Made by a program: the position numbers and the translations under genes. This document shows positions 1 to 8,871 of a stretch of DNA of 12,748 nt, piece by piece; within the stretch, counting starts at the first letter, position 1; every line of letters starts with the position of its first letter. Source of the stretch: a virus; UHGV virus genome UHGV-1672213, one strand, 5' to 3'. The notes below the pieces were generated by a model, which worked only from the letters and a program-made list of their open reading frames with translations, made no database searches and was not told where the DNA came from.

Positions 1-318
1 CCCCGGCGGCTGACCCGTTCCCGCCGCGCCTGTGGCTTCCGGAACGGCAATCACATACAGCTCGCCAAACGGGTCAGTCTGGCGATAAGCCTCGACCATA
101 CGCGCCAGCTGACTTCCCGCACCACAAATCTGGCGTGCATAGTCTGCCGACGGCATCAGTACCAGACTGTTGGCAACAATCTCTGCACCGTTATTGGCAT
201 GACCAATCAGCAGCGATGCTCCGCTGTCCTGTGCAGTATTCGCCGCCGAGTTATCCATTTCCGCATAAAACAGCGGAACCAGCGTATTCGACGGAATGGT
301 GTTAAAGCTTATCGTCAT
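1..318 (-). CDS. Putative tail sheath-like protein, N-terminal part (gene continues beyond window start)
   Basis: Minus-strand ATG at 316-318 with SD AAGGTG 7 nt upstream; ORF open to position 1. N-terminus MTISFNTIPSNTLVPLFYAEMDNSAANTAQ resembles, from memory, the DUF3383-type sheath proteins of SfV/Mu-like contractile tails. Lies downstream of the head-tail joining genes. Confidence 0.45.
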   Translation of the reverse strand, partial: MTISFNTIPSNTLVPLFYAEMDNSAANTAQDSGASLLIGHANNGAEIVANSLVLMPSADYARQICGAGSQLARMVEAYRQTDPFGELYVIAVPEATGAAGTGQPPG

Positions 319-472
319 CGGTGTTCACCTTTTTATTCACGCGCCGGATATCACCCGCTGCTTCACGGCGCAGCCAGTAGTTGTTCTCGTCAACATTTCG
401 CCCTTCGGCGGGCAAAAGGTCGCCGCGGGCAGGGTCAGGCACTGACCGCCCTTTAACAGGTTTGACAAACAT
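302..472 (-). CDS. Small basic hypothetical protein (56 aa) in the tail module
   Basis: ATG at 470-472 preceded by SD GAGGA (5-nt spacer); stop TAA at 302-304; overlaps the sheath-like start by 17 nt. Below the ORF-track size cutoff. Family not recognised. Confidence 0.45.
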   Translation of the reverse strand: MFVKPVKGRSVPDPARGDLLPAEGRNVDENNYWLRREAAGDIRRVNKKVNTDDDKL

Positions 473-480
473 GAGGATCC

Positions 481-1041
481 TCAGGAAGGAAGGGTTATTT
501 CGGTGTGATGTTCGATATCGCCGTCAGGCCCGTTACCGGGATCGAGATAATCGACATCAATCGCCAGCGTTTGCAGTTCATCCAGACTGTTCAGATCATC
601 CTGCTGGCGGGTATCGTCTTCAGTCAGCTCGCTGATGACCGAAAAATCGAACTGATAAATCAGCTCATGACGATTCAGATCCAGCAGCGTGCCGCCGTCA
701 TAGGTAATCGGGTTACCGCACGCTTCCGGGTTCCAGCCCAGCAGGGCCTTAAAGAGCATCTGCCGGACATCGTCCACCACATCATACGAGGCAAACTGAC
801 CGCGCTCATCACGCCCGTTACTCAGTATGACAACCACGGAGAAGCCCTCTTTCAGCTCCTGCCAGTAGTCGGTCTGGCTTTTGTTTTCTCCCGGAGAGTC
901 ATCACCCGGTACCACATACGCCGCCGGGAGTCTCAGCTTTCCGACCTCCGGCAGATTTTTGAACTGTGCCGCGCCTGCCACCCGGTTTTCAAAATACGGA
1001 CAGCGGGCACGCAGCGCAGCAATAACAGGCGTCAGTTTCAT
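481..1041 (-). CDS. Phage structural protein (186 aa), possibly tail completion/terminator type; acidic C-terminus
   Basis: ATG at 1039-1041 overlaps the upstream stop (ATGA); tight packing within the structural operon. Position after the gp10-like gene suggests a neck/tail role; specific family uncertain. Confidence 0.55.
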   Translation of the reverse strand: MKLTPVIAALRARCPYFENRVAGAAQFKNLPEVGKLRLPAAYVVPGDDSPGENKSQTDYWQELKEGFSVVVILSNGRDERGQFASYDVVDDVRQMLFKALLGWNPEACGNPITYDGGTLLDLNRHELIYQFDFSVISELTEDDTRQQDDLNSLDELQTLAIDVDYLDPGNGPDGDIEHHTEITLPS

Positions 1042-1544
1042 CTGTGTCGTCGCTCCGGCTTCAGTGATTTACGCAATTCCCGCGCCAGAAAATAGCGTGT
1101 CCAGCTGCGGTTCTTTTCAAGCGCTTCCACCATGAAGTTATTACGTGGAGCCAGTCGCCAGCCGCTGCCACCGGATGCACCACGATGATGACTACGACGA
1201 CGTTTTGCTCCTCCCCGGACACCAAAAAACAGAAACGCCGGATAGAAGTCACCAGAGATCATCCGGTTCCCCTTCCCGTTGCGCTGGTTAGGGGCAATGC
1301 GTGTCATAAAACCGGCTCGCTTTTTACTGGCTCTCGGCACCATATAACCAATCGAACGAGCCAGGCGTCCGGTCTGATAACCGGGGTTTTCACCCGGTGC
1401 CGACCGCGCACGGCGCATCACCAGCCGACGGGCATCACGCATATGACGCTGCCCAATCGTGACAAACGCCCGCCGGACACGGGCGCGGTTAAAGCGCATC
1501 TCGGCGGGCTGCTGAACATCAACGTGAAAAAAGGGAGTCGCCAT
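1038..1544 (-). CDS. HK97 gp10-family head-tail joining protein
   Basis: ATG at 1542-1544 with SD GGAGG 5 nt upstream; basic Arg-rich 168 aa protein; position after the head closure gene. Confidence 0.65.
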   Translation of the reverse strand: MATPFFHVDVQQPAEMRFNRARVRRAFVTIGQRHMRDARRLVMRRARSAPGENPGYQTGRLARSIGYMVPRASKKRAGFMTRIAPNQRNGKGNRMISGDFYPAFLFFGVRGGAKRRRSHHRGASGGSGWRLAPRNNFMVEALEKNRSWTRYFLARELRKSLKPERRHR

Positions 1545-1929
1545 TGCTGCCTCCGTGACTCTGCCTACATTCGCCCAGCTCCGTACACTCCAGCAGCAGA
1601 AAGCGCCGCGCCCCGTTCAGATCACGCTGACGTTTCACCCGGTACACACTGTCATCACAGACCACCTCATAATCAGCGGTGATCCCCCGGCGGTAACGAA
1701 TGGTGATGTAATGGGTGATGGCGTCCCCGGTCTGCGCGGTTTCCTGCCAGGTGGTGGCACTGGTCTGGATAACCTTCGCCCATGTCCGGAACGTAACCGG
1801 GTATTGAGGCTCCACGCCAAAGTTATCCGCGGGCATATCCACCCGCAGGCGGATCAGGACGCGTTTATTCAGTTCACCGGGGTCCGGCAGAATGTAGGTT
1901 GCGCTGGTCTGCGCCTGACGAATTTTCAT
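1519..1929 (-). CDS. Phage head closure / head-tail adaptor protein
   Basis: ATG at 1927-1929 overlaps the connector stop (ATGA); C-terminal LLLECTEL-type motif typical of this family; 136 aa. The 3' end overlaps the next gene by 26 nt. Confidence 0.65.
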   Translation of the reverse strand: MKIRQAQTSATYILPDPGELNKRVLIRLRVDMPADNFGVEPQYPVTFRTWAKVIQTSATTWQETAQTGDAITHYITIRYRRGITADYEVVCDDSVYRVKRQRDLNGARRFLLLECTELGECRQSHGGSNGDSLFSR

Positions 1930-2249
1930 TGCGGAAAGTACCTGTACGGGCCGACAAGCCAGCCAAAACTCTGCGGCATGTCGAGTTTCTCCACTTCCGT
2001 AACCGACGAGCGGTTTTCGTAAAAATGGCTGATAAGCATCAGCATCCCCAGACGAATATCATCCGGCAGGTGCAGCCCGTCCGGATCGCTCTCCGGAATG
2101 GTTTCATCCGGTGCATAGAGCTTCCGGTTCAGATACGTTTCCGTCCGCTTTTGCGCCGCACAGGCCAGCAGTTGCAGATGGCGGTCATCAGCATCGAAAT
2201 CCTCATCCAGCCGGAGTTGGGCTTTAATCTCTTCCATTGTCAGAAGCAT
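1926..2249 (-). CDS. gp6-like head-tail connector protein
   Basis: ATG at 2247-2249 with SD AGAGGG 6 nt upstream; N-terminus MLLTMEEIKAQLRLDEDFD typical of gp6-like connector proteins; 107 aa. Confidence 0.7.
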   Translation of the reverse strand: MLLTMEEIKAQLRLDEDFDADDRHLQLLACAAQKRTETYLNRKLYAPDETIPESDPDGLHLPDDIRLGMLMLISHFYENRSSVTEVEKLDMPQSFGWLVGPYRYFPQ

Positions 2250-2251
2250 AC

Positions 2252-2452
2252 TCAGCCCTCTTTACTGGTCGTGGCTTTTTTCTCTTTTGCCGCTTTACTG
2301 CTTTTTGCACTGGTTCCGCGCTCTGCTAACCCGGCCTGAAGTGCAATCTCCTGCACCCGGGCAGGAAGCGCCCCGTCGTCATACTCACCGGCCCGAATGA
2401 CCTCAACACGCATACCGTCCGGTGACCATTTCAGATCTTGTTTCAGGATCAT
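2252..2452 (-). CDS. Hypothetical small protein (66 aa), Lys/Ser-rich C-terminus
   Basis: ATG at 2450-2452; stop TGA at 2252-2254 immediately precedes the SD of the connector gene; sits between capsid and connector genes. Confidence 0.45.
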   Translation of the reverse strand: MILKQDLKWSPDGMRVEVIRAGEYDDGALPARVQEIALQAGLAERGTSAKSSKAAKEKKATTSKEG

Positions 2453-2473
2453 GATTCTTCACCCGTCAGAACA

Positions 2474-2495
2474 GGGGGCGCGGTTCCGCGCCCCT
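2474..2495 (-). promoter_or_regulatory. GC-rich stem-loop 8 nt downstream of the major capsid stop
   Basis: Palindrome GGGGCGC-GGTTCC-GCGCCCC (7-bp all-GC stem). No U-tract follows on the minus strand, so it is not a canonical intrinsic terminator. Confidence 0.5.
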
Positions 2496-2501
2496 GAGTG
2501 A

Positions 2502-3707
2502 TTACGCCGCTGCAATCTTCAGCAGTTTGATGGCCTGCGAATCGACCAGCATCCCGCCGGTGCGCTTGGTGGTATAAAAACCGACAAACGGTTTATTGGT
2601 GTACGGGTCACGCAGAATGCGGGTGCCGATACGGTCAACGATGGTGTAACCCCGTTTGAAGTTACCAAATGCAATGGCTTTCGCATCAGCGGCGATATCC
2701 GGCATCTGTTCGTTTTCAGCGATACCGTAACCCGCCAGAGAGGACGGCTGCCCCAGTTCCAGCCCCGGACGCCACAGATAGTTACCCTCGGTGTCTTTCA
2801 GCAGACGGATGGCAAACAGGCTGTTGTTGTTCATCATGAACTTCGCGCCAGTGCGGTGTGCCTTACGCAGCGTGTAAATCAGTTTGATAATGGCGTCTGC
2901 GGTCACCGCAGTCGCGTCGCCGGATACAATATGCTGAAGTTTGCCGAACGCCCGGACCTTATCGGTTTCATCAGTGGATTCATACGCCAGGAACCCTTTC
3001 GGCTTCTTGGTGCCATCGCCTGAGGTAAAGGCAATTTCTTCCTGTTCGGCAAATTCGGTTGCCAGCTCGCTGTTGATCCAGGCCTCCACGTTGAAAAAGG
3101 CATCGTCCAGCATTTTCTGGGTGGCCTGCGGGTTACCGTAGATTTCCCCCATGAGAGGTTCAATCAGCTCCAGTCTGGAGGTGGCAGTCTGGGATCGCGT
3201 ATCCGTTTCCCCCACCCATCCGGAAGCCGTACCGCCCAGATTCACCAGTTTTTTGTAGTCGGAACCGCCAACGGTGATCACCGTGGCTTCCTGACGCATC
3301 ACCACTTCATCTTTAAGCAGGTTGAGAATGTTGCGATCCAGCGCTTCCGGCACGGCGTAGCCACCGTCTTCATCGGTACCCACCTGCAATGCCTTACGCT
3401 CCAGATCGCGCAGACCGTCTTCACGGCCTTTACGCAGGAAGCCCACAAACGCCTCTTTATGCTCGGTGGCCAGTTTATTTTGCGCTCCACCTGCCGGACG
3501 TTTCAGCTCAAGCAGCTCTTTTTCAAGGTCGCTTTTGAGATTTTCCAGCTCGCTGAGTTTCCCGTTCAGGGTTTCCACCTGCCCGGCAAGCTTGCCTTTT
3601 TCCTGCTCAATCGCATCCACGCGCTTGTCGTTCTTTGCTTTGAAGTCGTCAAACTTCTGCTGCAGCTCCTGCGCGACCTGTTCGACATCTTTAATATCAA
3701 CCGCCAT
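2502..3707 (-). CDS. Major capsid protein, HK97 family, with N-terminal coiled-coil delta (scaffold) domain
   Basis: ATG at 3705-3707 with SD AGGAG 7 nt upstream; 401 aa; N-terminal ~100 aa coiled-coil (KLSELENLKSDLEKELLELK) followed by an HK97-type capsid fold region. Confidence 0.9.
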   Translation of the reverse strand: MAVDIKDVEQVAQELQQKFDDFKAKNDKRVDAIEQEKGKLAGQVETLNGKLSELENLKSDLEKELLELKRPAGGAQNKLATEHKEAFVGFLRKGREDGLRDLERKALQVGTDEDGGYAVPEALDRNILNLLKDEVVMRQEATVITVGGSDYKKLVNLGGTASGWVGETDTRSQTATSRLELIEPLMGEIYGNPQATQKMLDDAFFNVEAWINSELATEFAEQEEIAFTSGDGTKKPKGFLAYESTDETDKVRAFGKLQHIVSGDATAVTADAIIKLIYTLRKAHRTGAKFMMNNNSLFAIRLLKDTEGNYLWRPGLELGQPSSLAGYGIAENEQMPDIAADAKAIAFGNFKRGYTIVDRIGTRILRDPYTNKPFVGFYTTKRTGGMLVDSQAIKLLKIAAA

Positions 3708-3721
3708 CGTATTTCTCCTGA

Positions 3722-4372
3722 TTAGAAGTTCAGATTTTTCAGTGCATTCAGTGCAGAGCCCACATCCTCAGCGTCGCGCAGGGACAGTGCGCCATAGCCC
3801 CCGGCCATGAATGCTTTGGCCTGGGTACGGGAGAGTCCGACATCACGCAGGACTCTTTCGATTTTTTTCTGTTCGGGGATTTCCCCGCGGGCCAGCGCGT
3901 TCTTGACGTCGCTGATCCGCGCCTCGTCGTTAGATGGAAACGTCACCAGACTGACTTCCCAGAGGTCGATTTCTTTCAGCAGAAAGGCTTCTTTCGTCCG
4001 GTCGTATTCCCAGTCCTTCAGGACGTACCCAATAGAAAGGCCGGTTAACGAACCGGCCTTCATGTGTGCATGTGCGCGTTTTGCCAGGGGATCATCATCA
4101 ATGAGCAACCGTCCCCTGACGTAAAGCCCGACATCGTCTTCCTTCATTTCGGTGTAAACACCGATGGGTTCATCCATGCGGTGCTGCCAGAGCAGCGCAG
4201 GTAACGCTTTTCTGTCACTCCACGCCCGCAGGGAAGCAGCAAATGCCCCGGACATCACCACATCATCGTGGCTGTCCTTTACACCAAAGACGGAGCCATA
4301 CCCTTCAAACTCACCGGAGTCACTGACAGATTTCAGACTCAGCGGTACATCAAGACGTTGTTTCGTCTGCAT
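3722..4372 (-). CDS. Prohead maturation protease, HK97 family
   Basis: Motif EFEGYGSVFGVKDSHDDVVMSGAF typical of HK97 prohead proteases. Start reassigned to ATG 4370-4372 (MQTKQ..., SD AAGGA 8 nt upstream); the track start at 4408 lacks an SD and overlaps portal by 59 nt. Confidence 0.8.
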   Translation of the reverse strand: MQTKQRLDVPLSLKSVSDSGEFEGYGSVFGVKDSHDDVVMSGAFAASLRAWSDRKALPALLWQHRMDEPIGVYTEMKEDDVGLYVRGRLLIDDDPLAKRAHAHMKAGSLTGLSIGYVLKDWEYDRTKEAFLLKEIDLWEVSLVTFPSNDEARISDVKNALARGEIPEQKKIERVLRDVGLSRTQAKAFMAGGYGALSLRDAEDVGSALNALKNLNF

Positions 4373-5591
4373 TGGCGTTATCCTTCTGCTTACCGGCTTT
4401 ACTGCCATCGGAGGGTTTCGTGGTCATGTTCATCGGTGTGAGATAGACATCCCCACCGGGACGCGGATTCATATCTTCCAGGTCGCGGCAGTCATTGGGA
4501 GAGTAAATTCCCCAGTTAATCCCGGTGGCGTAGGCTTCAAAACGGGACTTCATATCCCCGCGCAGTAACGCCCCGGCGTTAAATTTGGCGTAATAAACGC
4601 CCTGCTTACTTTTTCGTACCAGTCCGGTGTTGATCCGCTGCTCAATGCGGGTCAGATACGGCACCAGTGAATAGTTGATAAATCCCAGCCCCAGTTCTTC
4701 GATATTGTTGAAGGTGGCGCGATCGGTGTTCTGCACCATGTGCAATGGCACACGGAACAGACGACAGATTTCTTCAAGCTGAAACTTGCGGGTTTCCAGG
4801 AACTGGCTGTCCTCGGCGTTCAGCGCCATCGACTTCCAGTCCAGCCCCATCTCAAGGATCATCGGGCGGTGAGCATTACCAAGCCCGGTGTGACGCTCCT
4901 CAAAATCTTTCTTCAGACGCTCATAAGCCTGATCCGACAGCGTCTGCTCTGTACGCAACACACCGGACGTCACCGCACCATTGCTGAACAGTCTGGCCCC
5001 GTGCTCTTCGGTCGCAGCTGCCAGCGATATTGCCTCGCGGGCATAGGCGATGGGATTCAGTCCCACCAGACCGTCCAGCGTCAGCGTGCGCACATGCCAG
5101 ATATCTTCCTGGCTCAGTACATCCGTGGAGCCGTCCGGGAATGTGACCTGGTAAACCGGTTCCCAGCTACTGTTAAGCTTCGGTACCACACAACCTGGGT
5201 CGACGGGCAGCAGTTCAGCCACTTCGCCAAATGCTTTCACTTTGTAGGCGTAAAAGTTTCCCCGCAGGCACAGACAGGTGACCACCAGCTCCCAGAACTC
5301 CTGCGGCGTCATATAGCCATTGGGATGCGTGGAGATCAGCTTATGCAGACGTTCGCCGGTGGCTCTCTGTTTCAGGCTGCCGTTCAGGTGATACAGGTTG
5401 CAGGGCAACATCCCGACCGACTCCGCCAGCACCCTGACGCAGGAAAAAACCGCCGTCAGTCGCATGGCCCGCTGGCTGCTGATCTGCTTTCCGGTATAGG
5501 TGTCATATGACAGCCCGATAGCATCCGCCAGCTCTGCTGGCGTGGTCACCGGTGCGTCACTTTTTCGTTGAAATAATCCCGAAAAGAACAC
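4350..5591 (-). CDS. Portal protein, HK97 family
   Basis: 413 aa; GTG start at 5589-5591 preceded by SD GGAGGT (5-nt spacer); position between terminase and protease. Confidence 0.88.
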   Translation of the reverse strand: MFFSGLFQRKSDAPVTTPAELADAIGLSYDTYTGKQISSQRAMRLTAVFSCVRVLAESVGMLPCNLYHLNGSLKQRATGERLHKLISTHPNGYMTPQEFWELVVTCLCLRGNFYAYKVKAFGEVAELLPVDPGCVVPKLNSSWEPVYQVTFPDGSTDVLSQEDIWHVRTLTLDGLVGLNPIAYAREAISLAAATEEHGARLFSNGAVTSGVLRTEQTLSDQAYERLKKDFEERHTGLGNAHRPMILEMGLDWKSMALNAEDSQFLETRKFQLEEICRLFRVPLHMVQNTDRATFNNIEELGLGFINYSLVPYLTRIEQRINTGLVRKSKQGVYYAKFNAGALLRGDMKSRFEAYATGINWGIYSPNDCRDLEDMNPRPGGDVYLTPMNMTTKPSDGSKAGKQKDNANADETTS

Positions 5592-5773
5592 TATTTACCT
5601 CCGCCGACAGACGGCTGTGTACGGTCGAGATATCGCGCCACCAGCCACGACCAGAACAGGCACAGCGCCCCGGCAACAACAAACCCCGCCGGGGGATAAA
5701 TCAGCCAGGCACCATACGCCAGCAAAAGCGCACCCAGCACGCCCACCAGAGGCGCGAGAATCAGCATGATCAT
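5591..5773 (-). CDS. Small hydrophobic membrane protein (60 aa, two predicted TM helices)
   Basis: ATG at 5771-5773 with SD GAGGT; begins 9 nt after the TerL stop and its stop overlaps the portal start by 1 nt. Both hydrophobic stretches are long enough to span a membrane. Confidence 0.5.
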   Translation of the reverse strand: MIMLILAPLVGVLGALLLAYGAWLIYPPAGFVVAGALCLFWSWLVARYLDRTQPSVGGGK

Positions 5774-5784
5774 AATTACCTCAG

Positions 5785-7518
5785 TTAAAGCGAGCGGATC
5801 CCGTAGGACTCAATGTGATCAGACAGCGTGTCTTCTTTCTCGTACAGCATGGCTCTGCCAACCGCCATAATCAGCGCAACTGCACCATCAATTTTGTTTT
5901 CCGCCTGCTCCTTGACGGGCTTCACCACATCATCGTTACCCGGAATGGTTTTGCCGACCACGTTGCCGATACACCAGGTCATGATGGGATTGCCGTCATG
6001 ATGAAAACGCCCCGATTCAATTGCCGCTTCCAGCTCTTTCATCGGGTCGGACATGTTGGTGTAGTTCTGAATGATGGTGATGGGGTTCAGGTCTTCATCC
6101 GCAAGGTCATGCGACAGCCCGGTCGCCCCGAAGGGGTCGATGGGTGACTCACTGACCGGGCTGATTTTGTTCGCCGCTTTGGCCTCCTCGAGGATGTAGC
6201 GATAATCCACCTCCGCACCATCGGTAACGGTCAGAACGCCCATTTCCACCCATTTCTGAAAGCGCTCGGCTGTCCGGCGATCTTCATTTTTCTCGACGCT
6301 GTACACCGTGTCATACGGTACCCAGAAGCGCGGAGCCACACTGTAGTAATGCGTTTTACCGTCAATCTCGCGGGTATAAAGTCGCGCCATGCTGTTCATA
6401 TCCAGCTTACGCGCCAGGTCAAAGGCCAGAATGCACGGCTGCCCCTCGAACTGCTCAAGGGTCAGTGATTTATCCTCGCAGCTCTGCCAGCTCACCAGGT
6501 TGAAATACGCCGAACGCGCCGACACCCAGATATTGAGGTGTTTTGTTTTAAAGACGTTTGCCAGACGGGCGTTATTTTTCGCACGCTGCTGCTGACTTAA
6601 CAAAAATTCGCGATAAACCGACACGCCAATATTTGGATTGGCTTTTTCCAGCACCTGCGGGTCGGTCCAGTCGTCACCTTCATCAACGGTATAGATGATC
6701 CCGAACAGTTCATCGTTAGGCACCGAGCCGTTGAGCATCTCGATGACTTCCCGCCGCTTGTCGTAGCACGGCCCCTCAATGTTGTACCCGGCAGTAGTAA
6801 TGGCCCACATCAGTGGCTGACGTCGCGCCCCCATCCCGGTAAGCATCGTGGTGTAAAGCGCATCGGTGGCGTGCTCGTGATATTCATCCACCACCGCACA
6901 GTGGGGTGATGAACCATCACCGGGGTTACCGATCAGCGGTTCAAACCGCGCGCCATCCTCCGGACGATTCATGTTTGAGGCGTTAACCTCAATCCCGAAC
7001 GCTTCCGTCAGCATGGGTGTGCGTTTACACATCAGTCTTGCCGGACGAAAGACTTCCCATGCCTGTTTCTCTGTCGTGGCACCGGAATACACTTCCGCGC
7101 CAAACTCGTTATCACAGGCAAAACAATACAGGGCAACACCGGCAGAGATTGCCGATTTGCCGTTCTTACGGGGAATTTCGGTATACACCTCCCGGAAGCG
7201 GCGCAACCGGGTGCCTTTATTGACCCAGCCAAACGCACAGCAGATCACAAATAGCTGCCACGGCTCCAGCGTGATGGGCATCCGTTTAAATGCCCACTCA
7301 CCCTTGGTGTGCGGCAACAGCTGAATAAATTTCGCGGCCCGTTCAGCCAGGTCCTTGTCGAAGCGGTAACGAAACGACTTACTTTTTTCCTCCATCAGGT
7401 CATCAAGATGGCGCTGGCAGGCCTGAATCACAAACTGGCAGGCCACAATCTTTCCGCGCACGACATCACGGGCATACTGATTGGCAGCATTTACGTTGGG
7501 GTAAGATTTCCGGCTCAT
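5785..7518 (-). CDS. Terminase large subunit
   Basis: 577 aa; ATG at 7516-7518 overlaps the TerS stop (ATGA); Walker A-like GKS in [10 protein letters not shown], ATPase and nuclease domains consistent with HK97-type terminases. Confidence 0.93.
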   Translation of the reverse strand: MSRKSYPNVNAANQYARDVVRGKIVACQFVIQACQRHLDDLMEEKSKSFRYRFDKDLAERAAKFIQLLPHTKGEWAFKRMPITLEPWQLFVICCAFGWVNKGTRLRRFREVYTEIPRKNGKSAISAGVALYCFACDNEFGAEVYSGATTEKQAWEVFRPARLMCKRTPMLTEAFGIEVNASNMNRPEDGARFEPLIGNPGDGSSPHCAVVDEYHEHATDALYTTMLTGMGARRQPLMWAITTAGYNIEGPCYDKRREVIEMLNGSVPNDELFGIIYTVDEGDDWTDPQVLEKANPNIGVSVYREFLLSQQQRAKNNARLANVFKTKHLNIWVSARSAYFNLVSWQSCEDKSLTLEQFEGQPCILAFDLARKLDMNSMARLYTREIDGKTHYYSVAPRFWVPYDTVYSVEKNEDRRTAERFQKWVEMGVLTVTDGAEVDYRYILEEAKAANKISPVSESPIDPFGATGLSHDLADEDLNPITIIQNYTNMSDPMKELEAAIESGRFHHDGNPIMTWCIGNVVGKTIPGNDDVVKPVKEQAENKIDGAVALIMAVGRAMLYEKEDTLSDHIESYGIRSL

Positions 7519-8009
7519 GATTCGATGATTTTCAGAAACGGGTTAGTGGCTTTCTTCTGCCCCGCCAGGCCAATCAGACGCTGGCGGCTGCTGGGGTCGA
7601 GTCCGAGCATTGCCCCCGTACTGCTCATCTCGGACTCCTGTTCTTTTTTGGCGGTCAGCTCCGGATTTTTGACCATACCGCCCATTGCACCGGTGATGGT
7701 GTTGCCCTGTCTGGCAATATTTTTCACGGCACGTCGCCAGAACTCGTAGGCCACGCACCACCGCTCAAGCACCGCGAGGTCAGTCACGCACAGCAGACCC
7801 TGACCGCAGAGTTCTTTAGTTGTCAGTTGCCACATGATCGTAGCGAGAGGGAGATCTTCTTCAGCGAACCACTCCGGTGGCTCAACACCTTTGATGGGCG
7901 TAAAAACAGGTTCATCTTTATTCAGGGCTCGCTTGCCGGGGTTTCCGGCCAGCGCCTTGCGCGCCGTTGGCTTGGGGCGACGCCCGGAACGCCCCGCCGT
8001 TCCAGCCAT
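7515..8009 (-). CDS. Terminase small subunit, P27 family
   Basis: Start reassigned to ATG 8007-8009 ([14 protein letters not shown]..., SD AGGAG 8 nt upstream); the track start at 8018 is a GTG. Basic N-terminus and position next to TerL. Confidence 0.82.
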   Translation of the reverse strand: MAGTAGRSGRRPKPTARKALAGNPGKRALNKDEPVFTPIKGVEPPEWFAEEDLPLATIMWQLTTKELCGQGLLCVTDLAVLERWCVAYEFWRRAVKNIARQGNTITGAMGGMVKNPELTAKKEQESEMSSTGAMLGLDPSSRQRLIGLAGQKKATNPFLKIIES

Positions 8010-8018
8010 ATGCGGCAC

Positions 8019-8134
8019 TCCTGGTTAAATTTCATTTTTCGCGGGTATAAAAAAACGATGGGGCGGGCAGTCCGGAAGACGTCAGGTCACAGGGATTTGA
8101 CCCGCCCCTCCCCTCTGGCAGTGGGAGCTGGTTC
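8019..8134. other. HNH-terS intergenic region with long GC inverted repeat plus A7/T7 tract; candidate cos/packaging-initiation region
   Basis: GGGGCGGG (8053-8060) and CCCGCCCC (8101-8108) flank internal palindromes (TCCGGA, GACGTC); a 7-nt A run at 8042-8048 (U-run on the minus strand). HNH sits immediately upstream of terS as in HK97-like phages. Confidence 0.3.
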
Positions 8135-8485
8135 TTACTTCAACCGTTCACGGGCCGTCTTCGCCTTATGACACGGCCAGCACAGACTCTGCAGATTACT
8201 GTCGGCATCAGTGCCGCCATGTGCTTTAGGGATGATGTGGTCAACGGTTTTCGCCTCACGCACCACACCGGCACGCAAACACAACTGACACAGGCCTTTG
8301 TCACGCTTGAGCGCACGTTCACGGATAACATCCCATTTCGAACCATAACCGCGCTGGTGTCTGGACTGGCCCGGCTTGTATTGCTTCCAGCCTTCACTTT
8401 TGTGGCTTTCGCAATAGCCTGACGGGTCAGTTGTGGTATGGCGGCAGCCGCGAACACGGCAGGCTTTTGGGGTTCGTGGTGGCAT
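8135..8485 (-). CDS. HNH homing-type endonuclease (terminase-associated)
   Basis: Cys pairs CRVRGC/CESH and HNH core DHIIPKAHGG...N...LCWPCH. Start reassigned to ATG 8483-8485 (MPPRTPKACR..., SD GGAG 5 nt upstream); the track start at 8554 has no SD and would overlap the upstream terminator. Confidence 0.85.
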   Translation of the reverse strand: MPPRTPKACRVRGCRHTTTDPSGYCESHKSEGWKQYKPGQSRHQRGYGSKWDVIRERALKRDKGLCQLCLRAGVVREAKTVDHIIPKAHGGTDADSNLQSLCWPCHKAKTARERLK

Positions 8486-8492
8486 GCTGGCT

Positions 8493-8520
8493 CCAATAAA
8501 AAGCCCCGCGACGCGAGGCT
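8493..8520 (-). terminator. Intrinsic terminator closing the AT-rich cargo island
   Basis: Minus-strand RNA stem AGCCUC/GGGGCU (one G-U pair) with 7-nt loop, followed by UUUUUAUU; lies between the 67-aa gene stop (8551) and the HNH start. Confidence 0.5.
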
Positions 8521-8550
8521 TAGACAGAAAAAACACCGGATAAGATCTGG

Positions 8551-8754
8551 TCATTCTTCCTTTTTAATAATGACTTCTCGAGGGCGCAATTGTTGGATAG
8601 CACGACAAATACAATATGGAATAACTGCCCATGCTACTCCCATTGCTGCACCTGCAGCCTGTTGTGGAGCACTCTGAGCACCGAAAACCCCGAGGATTCC
8701 TTCAATAAATCCAATAGCACTACACAAAAGACTGATGACCCAGAGAATTTTCAT
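8551..8754 (-). CDS. Small membrane protein (67 aa, two predicted TM segments, basic C-terminus)
   Basis: ATG at 8752-8754 with consensus SD AAGGAG 9 nt upstream; sample stretch 8701-8760 counts about 35% GC versus about 63% in a structural-gene stretch; followed by its own terminator. Confidence 0.6.
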   Translation of the reverse strand: MKILWVISLLCSAIGFIEGILGVFGAQSAPQQAAGAAMGVAWAVIPYCICRAIQQLRPREVIIKKEE

Positions 8755-8871
8755 AAACCCAAACTCCTTTTAAATAAACACATTACTAGGATAATTCTCA
8801 TAAAATGTTAGTAAAGTATTTTCAGGAAAATAGCGTATCACTGCCTATTTTTGACACTGATGCTGGGATAA

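Noticed and set aside
505-1095. Plus-strand ORF of 196 aa
   Set aside because: Entirely antisense to the well-supported minus-strand structural gene at 481-1041; no SD; Arg-rich composition typical of a GC-rich antisense frame.
1185-2339. Plus-strand ORFs 1185-1682, 1555-2022 and 1899-2339
   Set aside because: Each overlaps tightly coupled minus-strand head-tail joining genes that have SD sequences and conserved motifs; translations are Arg/Pro-rich without recognisable domains.
3459-3810. Plus-strand ORFs 3459-3725 and 3466-3810 with Ser/Leu/Phe-rich repeats
   Set aside because: Antisense to the coiled-coil delta domain of the capsid gene; the repetitive codons of that domain generate the low-complexity antisense translation.
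4740-5510. Plus-strand ORF of 256 aa
   Set aside because: Lies wholly inside the portal gene on the opposite strand; Arg/His/Gln-rich low-complexity translation typical of antisense frames.
7309-8171. Plus-strand ORFs across the terS/HNH region (7309-7749, 7827-8171, 7834-8028)
   Set aside because: Antisense to terS, TerL and the HNH gap; no start context; minus-strand genes have clear SDs and family motifs.
8140-8496. Minus-strand alternative frame of 118 aa inside the HNH gene
   Set aside because: Overlaps the HNH frame, which carries the zinc-finger and HNH catalytic motifs; this frame has no recognisable features.
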